Shown piece after piece: positions 8,650-16,306 of a DNA stretch of 24,000 bases (position 1 is the stretch's first letter; every line of letters starts with the position of its first letter). A model generated the notes under the pieces. The model did not search any database, was not told the origin of the DNA, and saw nothing but the letters and a program-made list of their open reading frames with translations. Source of the DNA: an uncultured bacterium (GTDB lineage Bacteria; Omnitrophota; Gorgyraeia; Duberdicusellales; CBEUCJ01). A program made the translations under genes and the position numbers. Where the stretch lies: the NCBI GenBank assembly GCA_965541615.1, contig CBEUCJ010000003.1:107830-131829 (forward strand), in the 5' to 3' direction.

Positions 8650-9942
8650 TTAAATTCCTAACCTTTCATAAATTTTGGAGACATTCTTTAAGTATTCAGC
8701 TGGAGAAAAGATCTTTTGGATTTCCTTCTTCTTTAAGATCTTTTTTATTAATGGATGATTTAGAACTTCATTTTTAAAATCCTTATTTTCTCTTTGAACT
8801 TTAAAAGCTAACTCTTGTACTAAATCATAACTATCTTGGCGCTTTAAACCTTTTTCAGTGAGAGCTAACATCAATCTTTGAGAAAAAATTAAACCTTTAT
8901 TCAATTTTAGATTCTCTTTCATTTTTTTTGTATCTATCTCTAAATCTTTAACTATCTCTGTCATCTTTTGAGTCATATAAATTATTAGATGAAAAGTATC
9001 AGGGAATATTACTCTTTCTACAGAAGAATGAGAAATATCTCTCTCATGCCATAAAACTATATTTTGGAGACTTGCTTCTAAATAAGCTCTTATAAGTCTT
9101 GCCAAACCACACATTCTCTCACACAAAATAGGGTTTCTTTTATGAGGCATAGCAGATGATCCTTTTTGTCCTTTATAAAAAGGCTCAAACACCTCTCTAA
9201 CTTCTGTTCTCTGCAAGTGCCTAATCTCTGTAGCAAATCTTTCAAAACAACTTGCTAATATTGCTATGCAACTCAATAAATAACTAAATCTATCTCGAGG
9301 TATTACTTGAGTAGTTATAGAAGCAGGTTTAAGTCCTAGTTTTTTTAATACGTATTCTTCTACAGAAGGAGGTAAATGTGAGTAAGTTCCTACAGCTCCT
9401 GAAATCTTGCCTACACTTATTTCTTCTTTTACACTTTTCAAAAACTTTTGATTTCTTCTTATCTCATCTAAAAATAAAGCGAATTTCAATCCTAAAGAAT
9501 AAACCTCAGCGTGAATTCCGTGAGTTCTTCCCACACACAGAGTAAATTTATATTTTTTTGCCTTAGATTTAACGAGTAACGCTAATTCTTCTAAATGTTT
9601 TAATAATAAATTTAAACTCTCTTTTAATTGAATACATAAAGAAGTATCCAAAACATCGTTACTAGTTAAACCCCAATGAAAATATTTAGAATCTTTATTT
9701 AAATGAGAACAAACTTCAAGAACAAAAGCTACCACATCGTGATGAGTGGTTTTTTCTCTTTCTTTTATTCCATCCAAATTAAACTTAGCATTCTTTTTAA
9801 TTCTTTTTAGAACCTCCTTAGAGATTCTGCCCTCTTTACATAAGGCTTCTAAAACCAATAATTCTATTTTTAACATCAAATTAAACTTGTATTCAGCTGA
9901 CCAGATCTTTTCTATCTCTGGAATAGAATACCTCTTGATCAT
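8650..9942 (-). CDS. purB: Adenylosuccinate lyase
   Basis: 430 aa. Fumarate-lyase superfamily signature GSSAMPHKRNP. N-terminal MIKRYSIPEIEKIW is typical of PurB. Confidence 0.95.
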   Translation of the reverse strand: MIKRYSIPEIEKIWSAEYKFNLMLKIELLVLEALCKEGRISKEVLKRIKKNAKFNLDGIKEREKTTHHDVVAFVLEVCSHLNKDSKYFHWGLTSNDVLDTSLCIQLKESLNLLLKHLEELALLVKSKAKKYKFTLCVGRTHGIHAEVYSLGLKFALFLDEIRRNQKFLKSVKEEISVGKISGAVGTYSHLPPSVEEYVLKKLGLKPASITTQVIPRDRFSYLLSCIAILASCFERFATEIRHLQRTEVREVFEPFYKGQKGSSAMPHKRNPILCERMCGLARLIRAYLEASLQNIVLWHERDISHSSVERVIFPDTFHLIIYMTQKMTEIVKDLEIDTKKMKENLKLNKGLIFSQRLMLALTEKGLKRQDSYDLVQELAFKVQRENKDFKNEVLNHPLIKKILKKKEIQKIFSPAEYLKNVSKIYERLGI

Positions 9943-9999
9943 AACGCTTTATATTATATCAATCTTATTCAACATAATGAATAAAGTTTTTATAACGAA

Positions 10000-10224
10000 T
10001 CAGAATACTTGCTCAACTCTCTTTATTTCAGGAATCTTTTCTTTCAACATCTTCTCGATCCAGAATTTTAAAGTATATGTACTCATAGGACAATGTCCAC
10101 AACTGCCTGTCAATCTTAATTTTACTATTCCTTCTTCATTTACATCTACTAACTCAACATCTCCTCCGTCTTTTTTTAAATAGGGTCTTATCTCCTCTAA
10201 AATTTTTTCTACTTTTTCTTTCAT
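10000..10224 (-). CDS. NifU C-terminal domain (Nfu-type) Fe-S cluster carrier protein
   Basis: 74 aa. Contains [15 protein letters not shown] and the [13 protein letters not shown] motif. AGGAGG SD lies 8 nt upstream of the ATG. Confidence 0.85.
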   Translation of the reverse strand: MKEKVEKILEEIRPYLKKDGGDVELVDVNEEGIVKLRLTGSCGHCPMSTYTLKFWIEKMLKEKIPEIKRVEQVF

Positions 10225-10255
10225 AGTTTTGCCTCCTTATTTTTATTAACATCAT

Positions 10256-10261
10256 ATTATA
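10256..10261 (-). promoter_or_regulatory. Possible -10 box (TATAAT on the minus strand) for the nfu-pur operon
   Basis: TATAAT lies ~31 nt upstream of the nfu ATG and ahead of the SD. I found no convincing -35. AT-rich background makes chance hexamers likely. Confidence 0.3.
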
Positions 10262-10285
10262 AGTCTTTAAAATATTCAAATAATC

Positions 10286-10314
10286 TTTACTCTTTTAAGA
10301 TTAAAATTTATAAT
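10286..10314 (+). promoter_or_regulatory. Putative sigma70-type promoter TTTACT-N17-TATAAT directly abutting the start codon of the PIN/HARP-like gene
   Basis: TATAAT is at 10309-10314, only 8 nt before the ATG at 10323. No SD lies between them. Confidence 0.4.
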
Positions 10315-10322
10315 TTAAAAAT

Positions 10323-10892
10323 ATGAAGAATAAATTTGTTATTGATACAAGTATATTTTTAAATGCTCAAACTTTCTTTCTTTTAGGCAAAACCCCTCAA
10401 GAAGCTTTTAAAAATTTCCTGCAAAAAATAAGTCATAAAAAAAGACTTCAATTCTTTATGCCTGTTTCTGTAAAAGAGGAGCTTTTAAAAATTTTAAATC
10501 CTATCTCTATAGATGAAAAATTGTTATTAAGAATGAATTGTGTCTCTCCAAAAAAATATGAATTGAAAGTCCCTGCCTTATTCTTATATGAATTCATAAA
10601 AGAAATGAGGATTAGAATAAACAAAGGGCTCAGAATAGCTGAAAAATTTACACGTAAAGGTCTTAAAAAGGAGGCTCCAGAAGAAAAACTTATAAAAGAC
10701 TTAAGAGATGAATTCAGAGAAGCTTTGAGAAAAGGTATAATAGATAGTTGTCAAGATGTAGATTTGTTATTGTTATCTAAACAATTAAAAGCTAGTTTGA
10801 TAACTGAAGACGAAGGACTAAAAGTTTGGGCAGATAAGTTAGGCATTAGAGTTTTAAATACCAAAGACCTAAAGAGACTATTAGAACTTTAA
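10323..10892 (+). CDS. PIN-like metallonuclease of the UPF0278 / HARP family (homolog of Aquifex aeolicus Aq_880 protein-only RNase P; also annotated 'RNA ligase partner, MJ_0950 family')
   Basis: 189 aa. N-terminal FVIDTSIF (Asp8). An inserted helical segment contains LYEFIKEMRIRINKGLRIAE. C-terminal acidic cluster IIDSCQDVDLLLL...LITEDEGLKVWADKLGI (D141, D145, D147, D163). Size and motif order match my recollection of Aq_880-type HARPs. Confidence 0.65.
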   Translation: MKNKFVIDTSIFLNAQTFFLLGKTPQEAFKNFLQKISHKKRLQFFMPVSVKEELLKILNPISIDEKLLLRMNCVSPKKYELKVPALFLYEFIKEMRIRINKGLRIAEKFTRKGLKKEAPEEKLIKDLRDEFREALRKGIIDSCQDVDLLLLSKQLKASLITEDEGLKVWADKLGIRVLNTKDLKRLLEL

Positions 10893-11833
10893 AGGAAATT
10901 GGAAACTATTTCTTTCGTTAGATCATGAAGGGTAACTATTCCAATAATTTTATTTCCTTTTACTACTGCACACATACTTTGTTTTCTTTCTTGCATCTTA
11001 GCAAATACTTCATCTAGCCTTTCGTTTCTACCTACTTTCATTATAGGCCTAATGTGAGATTGCCATTCGCCTCCTTTATAGAAATAATCAAAAATATTTA
11101 ACATTCCTATTAACTTTGTTTTCCTTACCACAGGATATCTTGTAAATTTATATTTTCTAACCTTATTTAAAACGGATTCTATTTTTTCACTGAATTCTAA
11201 ATAAACCACTTCAGAAATAGGTTTCATTACATCAGAAACACGCTTTTCACCAAAATCAAAAACATCTTCAATAGCTTGGGCTTCTTCTGATTCTAAAACA
11301 CCTTCTTTACGAATTTCTTTTACTAAATTGATTAAGTCTTGCCTTGTTAATTTAGAAAGAGATATCTTTTCTTTAACTATTTTCTTAGAAATAAACTCTG
11401 AGATTCTTTCCAAAACAAATACAAGAGGATTCAATAATTTTGAAAACAAATCCAAATATTTACTTCCTTTTAAAGAAATCTCTTGTGGTCTTAATCTTGC
11501 AATCCTTTTAGGAATTATCTCACAGAATATTAAAATCACAGGTGTTAAAATTAAAGTAGATATAAAAGCAGGATTCTTAACTTTAAGTCTAATGAGAATA
11601 TAAGTAAAAAATACAGAGATAATAATAATGCAAAGATTTGTTCCTACTAAAATGATTGAAAGAAATCTTGAAGGAGATTCTAAAAATTTTAAAGAGATTT
11701 CAGCTGGTTTTATTCCTTTTTCTTTTAAATACTTTAGTCTATAAATATTAGCTGAGATTAAAGCTGTCTCCATACCTGAAAAGAATCCTGCTAAACCTAT
11801 TAATAAAATTATTCCGATAAAAAAACCTATCAT
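10889..11833 (-). CDS. CNNM/CorC-family membrane protein, DUF21 + CBS pair, lacking the C-terminal CorC_HlyC domain
   Basis: 314 aa. FFSGMETAL and FCEIIPKR in the TM region, then two CBS-like segments ending at the C-terminus. 4-nt overlap with the upstream paralog. Its stop codon interlocks with the stop of the convergent gene (TTAA at 10889-10892). Confidence 0.8.
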   Translation of the reverse strand: MIGFFIGIILLIGLAGFFSGMETALISANIYRLKYLKEKGIKPAEISLKFLESPSRFLSIILVGTNLCIIIISVFFTYILIRLKVKNPAFISTLILTPVILIFCEIIPKRIARLRPQEISLKGSKYLDLFSKLLNPLVFVLERISEFISKKIVKEKISLSKLTRQDLINLVKEIRKEGVLESEEAQAIEDVFDFGEKRVSDVMKPISEVVYLEFSEKIESVLNKVRKYKFTRYPVVRKTKLIGMLNIFDYFYKGGEWQSHIRPIMKVGRNERLDEVFAKMQERKQSMCAVVKGNKIIGIVTLHDLTKEIVSNFL

Positions 11834-13047
11834 AACTTTTTAATAATCACAGAAACTATTCTTTTTAAAGTGGCTTTCTCTATCTCAAATTCTATATTCT
11901 TGTATCTTACTTTTTCTCCTGTCTTTGGAATTCTTCCTAAAATATCCAGAATTAAACCTGCTATAGTGTCAAATTCTTCTTCAGGAAGATTTAATTTTAG
12001 CTTTTGATTTATTTCTTTTATTGAAGTCTTGCCACTAACTAAATAAACTTCTTCTTTTAATTTTCTTATAGGAACTTTTGGAAATTCAAATTCATCATAT
12101 ATTTCTCCAAATATCTCTTCTAAAATGTCTTCTAAGGTAACTAAACCAGCTGTGCCTCCATATTCATCTACGACTATGGCTATCCTTTCATTTTTAGAAT
12201 ATAATTCCTTTAACAATTCATCTATCTTCATACTTTCAGGCACAAATATAGGTTCTCTTATAAATTCTGTAAATTTTTTTTGAGGATTTAAAAATACATC
12301 TTTACTGTAAACTACTCCTATTATTTTATCTAAAGACTCTTCATAAATAGGTATTTTTGAAAATTTTACTTTTTTTAAAAATTGAATAAAATCTGATTGC
12401 TCCATATCGATGGGGGCTGCGTGGATATCTATTCTGGGAGTCATTATTTGAGAGACTTCAGTTTCAGTAAATTCTAAAAGTGATCTTATCATCTCTCTTT
12501 CCTTTTTATCCAATACCTTTTCTTTCTCACCTATTTCTATTAAAGCATCAAACTCATCTTCTGTTAAAGTAACGTCTGTTTTTTTCTTAACTGGTCTTAA
12601 AAAAATATCAGTCAAAGATTTCAATAAAGTCCTCACTGGAGAAAATAGATAAAAAGATATCAACAAAAATTGAGAAGAAAAAACGCTAAATTTGAAGGGA
12701 TTCTTTAAGGCTACAGATTTTGGTGTAATCTCTCCAAATATGAGTAATAAAAATGTAACTATTATTATAGAAAGTATTACTCCTTCTCCTTTTAGCAAAG
12801 GGACTAACATTTGAGTAGCTATACCAGAAAAATAAACATTAACTATCATATTTCCTATCAAGATTGTAATAAGGAGACTGTGAGGATCTTTAAGTAATCT
12901 TTTAATTCTCTTTGAACTTCTATATTTTGAGGTTAACTTTCTTAAAGAAACTTTACTTAAAGAAAAGTAAGCGGTCTCAGAGCCAGAATAAAGAGAGGAT
13001 AAAAACAAAAGTAAGATTAAAAGTAGTAAATTCAATATCAATAACAT
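11830..13047 (-). CDS. CNNM/CorC-family (hemolysin-C-like) putative Mg2+/divalent cation transporter, DUF21 + CBS pair + CorC_HlyC domain
   Basis: 405 aa. YSGSETAYFSL, FGEITPKS, a CBS pair (VSQIMTPRIDI ... GLVTLEDILEEIFGEI) and a C-terminal transporter-associated domain. Confidence 0.85.
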   Translation of the reverse strand: MLLILNLLLLILLLFLSSLYSGSETAYFSLSKVSLRKLTSKYRSSKRIKRLLKDPHSLLITILIGNMIVNVYFSGIATQMLVPLLKGEGVILSIIIVTFLLLIFGEITPKSVALKNPFKFSVFSSQFLLISFYLFSPVRTLLKSLTDIFLRPVKKKTDVTLTEDEFDALIEIGEKEKVLDKKEREMIRSLLEFTETEVSQIMTPRIDIHAAPIDMEQSDFIQFLKKVKFSKIPIYEESLDKIIGVVYSKDVFLNPQKKFTEFIREPIFVPESMKIDELLKELYSKNERIAIVVDEYGGTAGLVTLEDILEEIFGEIYDEFEFPKVPIRKLKEEVYLVSGKTSIKEINQKLKLNLPEEEFDTIAGLILDILGRIPKTGEKVRYKNIEFEIEKATLKRIVSVIIKKL

Positions 13048-13050
13048 TAC

Positions 13051-15282
13051 CTAATATTTTAACAAACTAAAGAATATCAAAATATTTAAAAAAAATAACA
13101 AAATACAGACCCAAACTAATCCACATATAGGAATAAAGAAAATTGAAATCCCTAAAGCTCCAAAAGAAGAACCTAAGAGATCTACACTGTAAGTAACAGG
13201 TCCCCAGGATTCTGAATCTTTATATTCTTTAGTAAGTATTTTATTAGCTGTTATGTATTGAGCTGAACCTAAAAATCCGGCTGTAAAAGGCAATAGTAAA
13301 AATATAAATTTTTCAATAAAGAGATGTATAGAGATGTTTTTAAGAAAAAAGGTCAAAATGAGTAAAATTAAAGGATAAAAGCAAATACTCAATTGAATTT
13401 TTAAATAAGAAAAAAATAAATTTTTAAAATTTCTTTTTAAAAATAAATAACCTCCTACAAACAAACCTGTCATATAACTACCAAAAACTGCTCCTATCAT
13501 ATAATAGAGATATCCATATAAGATTTGAAAAAAGAGCAAGATAATTATCTGAAAACTCATTTCAGAAAATCCTGTAGCACATAAAGACATTAAAATCAAT
13601 TTTTTTCTATCAAAAAAGATAAAAGAGATTAAAAATACCCCTAAACTCAAAAATATAAATAACTTAAATAAAAAATTTCTATTTATCTTTTTGAAGACCT
13701 TTCTAAAAACATCTCTAAATTGCTGAGAAAAATATACTATATCTAACCAAAAACAAATTGGAACAAAATCTTTGTTTAAAAAAGTTAAACCAGCTTTTTC
13801 CAATCTTTCTTTAAGGTATGAAATCCTTTCTCCAGACAACCTTTGAAACAAATAAGCCTCATTTAAGTATCTAAGAGTTATCTTTTTCTGAGTTAATTTC
13901 TTAAAAATTTCTTCAGGTCTTTGAGAAAAAATTCCTTTTTGTGTACATCCAATAAAGATAGCATTTTGACCTGGATAGACTATTACTTCCTCAAAAATAG
14001 ATTCTAAAGTATTTTTTATAACACGAAGATATTCAGATAATTCTTTATTTATATAGTTCTCTTGAGAACTTAATTTAAAACTTATAATTCCAGGTATATT
14101 AAGAATTTTTTTTGCTTCTCTAAAGAACTCTTGAGTATAAAATCTATTAAAAGAAAGACTTACAGGCTCAGATATATTTAAAATAATGCAATCATACTTT
14201 GTACTTGCGTTTCTTACAAAATTTACTCCATCACCTATAAAGATATTTACTCTTTTATCTTCATAATACCTTTTAAATTTTGAATACTTTCTTATCAATT
14301 TAAGTTTTTGAACATCTAATTCTATGATATCTATCCTTTCTGGAGCATACTTTAATATTTCTCTTATCATCTGACCTCCCTTTGTTCCTATTAAGAGCAC
14401 TCTTTTAAGGATTGGTAACTGTGAAATTACCAAATGTATGATTTCAGATTCTAACCTTTGAGGAAGAGAAAAACTTAAGATCCCATTCTCTAAAAAACTT
14501 ATCTGTCTGTGTCTTTCTACTACTTGAATGTTAGAATATTTGGTATCTCTTAACTCTAAAATTCTGTATCCTGGTAAAAGCAAACTAAAAAATTTTACAT
14601 TTAATTTTGGACTCAAAAACAAAAGAAAAAAATAGATGCAAAGAAAAGTTACATTAAAAAGTAAAATTCTATTTTTTTTATTAAAAATTATGTTGTAAAC
14701 TGAAACTAAAATTGCCAAAAAAATGCATAAACTCAAAATCCCTATTTTCTGAATGATAATATATCCAAAAATTATTCCTCCTATAGCTGAACCTACTGAC
14801 TCTAAAAGATATGAAAAACCGATCTTTTTGTCTTTTTCTCTGTGAGGATAAACATAACAAGATAAACTAAAATTAACCCCTAAACTTAAGCACACTCCAC
14901 TTAAAATAATTAAACAAAAGCTTAAAATCTTACCTAAAGGTAAGATCTCTCCTAAAAGAGGAGAAAAATTTTTTCTCAAAAAAATACTCAAAATATAAGT
15001 AAGAATTAAAAGGATACTTAAAATAAATAGAGAAAAATTAAGAATATTAATTTTATTCTTAATTTTTTTAATGAAAAAATTTGCTAAAAAACTGCCTATA
15101 CCTGTCCATAACAACCATAAACTTAAAAAAATACCTGAGGCTAATTCATTTCCATAAAATAGAATAAAAGTTAATCTTAAAAGCACTACCTGAAAAGATA
15201 TAGAAATAACTCCTATAAGAACAGGAAATAATTTGAGAAGTTTATTTTTTAATAAAGACCGTGCTGAAGAGGACTCTTCCAT
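13051..15282 (-). CDS. Integral membrane protein with a central spermidine-synthase-like (aminopropyltransferase/SAM-MTase fold) domain flanked by two polytopic TM blocks (the 'fused MFS/spermidine synthase' type)
   Basis: 743 aa. Residues ~1-235 and ~535-743 are strongly hydrophobic. Residues ~238-505 align by eye with the canonical SpeE at 19085-19933: VLLIGTKGGQMIREILKY vs VLIIGGGDGGTAREILKH, IDIIELD vs LDLVEID, IGDGVNFV...YDCIILNISEP vs IQDGIKFV...YDLIFVDSTDP. Confidence 0.8.
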   Translation of the reverse strand: MEESSSARSLLKNKLLKLFPVLIGVISISFQVVLLRLTFILFYGNELASGIFLSLWLLWTGIGSFLANFFIKKIKNKINILNFSLFILSILLILTYILSIFLRKNFSPLLGEILPLGKILSFCLIILSGVCLSLGVNFSLSCYVYPHREKDKKIGFSYLLESVGSAIGGIIFGYIIIQKIGILSLCIFLAILVSVYNIIFNKKNRILLFNVTFLCIYFFLLFLSPKLNVKFFSLLLPGYRILELRDTKYSNIQVVERHRQISFLENGILSFSLPQRLESEIIHLVISQLPILKRVLLIGTKGGQMIREILKYAPERIDIIELDVQKLKLIRKYSKFKRYYEDKRVNIFIGDGVNFVRNASTKYDCIILNISEPVSLSFNRFYTQEFFREAKKILNIPGIISFKLSSQENYINKELSEYLRVIKNTLESIFEEVIVYPGQNAIFIGCTQKGIFSQRPEEIFKKLTQKKITLRYLNEAYLFQRLSGERISYLKERLEKAGLTFLNKDFVPICFWLDIVYFSQQFRDVFRKVFKKINRNFLFKLFIFLSLGVFLISFIFFDRKKLILMSLCATGFSEMSFQIIILLFFQILYGYLYYMIGAVFGSYMTGLFVGGYLFLKRNFKNLFFSYLKIQLSICFYPLILLILTFFLKNISIHLFIEKFIFLLLPFTAGFLGSAQYITANKILTKEYKDSESWGPVTYSVDLLGSSFGALGISIFFIPICGLVWVCILLFFLNILIFFSLLKY

Positions 15283-16304
15283 ATCCCAGGAATAGTGTTA
15301 TTGCAAAATTTACATTTACCTTCTTTATCTATGTTTATCTCTGAGACCATATATCCTAATCTTTTTATCAGAATATTTTTGCAATTAGGACAGTAAGTAT
15401 TCTCCAAAATGTGACCTGGAACATTTCCTATATACACATAATTTAAACCTTCTGATTTCGCAATTTCGCAAGCTTGTTCTAAAGTCTTTAAAGGAGTAGG
15501 AGGGATATTTCTTAATTTATACATAGGGTAAAATTTTGAAAAATGGATAGGAGTCTCAGGTCCTAAATTTTCTCTTATCCACTTGCACATCCTTCTAATA
15601 AGATGAGCAGAATCATTTAAATCTGGGATTACAAGATTTGTGATCTCTATCCATATACCTTCTTTCTTCATCACCTTTAAAGAATTTAATACTTCATCTA
15701 AATTACCTCCTACTATATTATGGTAAAAATTAGGATCGAATCCTTTTAAATCTACATTAGCTGCATCTATGAATTTGCAGAGTTCTCTTAAAGGTGCTTC
15801 GTTAATGTAACCATTTGTAACCATTAGATTCAGTATACCTTTTTCCTTCGCTAACTTTGCAGTCTCTAACATAAATTCATAAAATATGATTGGCTCTGAA
15901 TAAGTATAAGCTATTGTAGGAGCCTTATACTTTAAAGCTAACTTTACAACTTGAAGGGGTGTTAAAAATTTGGAACTAGCATCTTCTGGCCAGATTTGAG
16001 AAATATCTGAATTTTGGCAAAATTTGCAACTCAGATTACAACCTGGTGTAGCCAAAGAAAATGCTGTTTTTGAAGGTAAAACATGATAGAAGGGTTTTTT
16101 CTCGATTGGATCTTGATGGAGAGCAATAATTCTGCCATACACTAAAGTATAAAGTATACCTCTTCTATTCTCTCTAACTTTACATTTTCCTCTTTGAGCA
16201 TCATTCAACACACATTTAAAAGGACACAACAAACACTGCACAACTTCATCTGATAATTTTCTGTACCATTTAGCTTCTTTTATATACTCATTATATTCAC
16301 TCAT
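15249..16304 (-). CDS. Radical SAM enzyme of the AmmeMemoRadiSam / PFL-activase-like type
   Basis: 351 aa. CNLSCKFC (CX3CX2C, nt 16017-16040). N-terminal CLLCPFKC...GKCKVRENRRGILYTLVYGRIIALHQDPIEKKPFYH and C-terminal CPNC...CKFC blocks are as I remember for this family. Overlaps the downstream gene by 34 nt. Confidence 0.8.
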   Translation of the reverse strand: MSEYNEYIKEAKWYRKLSDEVVQCLLCPFKCVLNDAQRGKCKVRENRRGILYTLVYGRIIALHQDPIEKKPFYHVLPSKTAFSLATPGCNLSCKFCQNSDISQIWPEDASSKFLTPLQVVKLALKYKAPTIAYTYSEPIIFYEFMLETAKLAKEKGILNLMVTNGYINEAPLRELCKFIDAANVDLKGFDPNFYHNIVGGNLDEVLNSLKVMKKEGIWIEITNLVIPDLNDSAHLIRRMCKWIRENLGPETPIHFSKFYPMYKLRNIPPTPLKTLEQACEIAKSEGLNYVYIGNVPGHILENTYCPNCKNILIKRLGYMVSEINIDKEGKCKFCNNTIPGIWKSPLQHGLY

Positions 16305-16306
16305 AA

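Noticed and set aside
9746-10183. 145-aa plus-strand ORF spanning the purB 5' end, the intergenic gap and nfu
   Set aside because: It lies antisense to two well-supported genes. The product is low-complexity (Ser/Phe/Ile/Asn-rich), as expected from reading Lys/Glu-rich coding DNA backwards. It has no SD and no recognisable motifs.
11328-11603. 91-aa plus-strand ORF inside the CNNM gene. The same applies to 19276-19479 (minus), 20752-20943 (plus) and 22336-22551 (plus).
   Set aside because: These are antisense shadows of well-supported genes (CNNM, speE, mazG, Fe-ADH), with no SD and no motifs.
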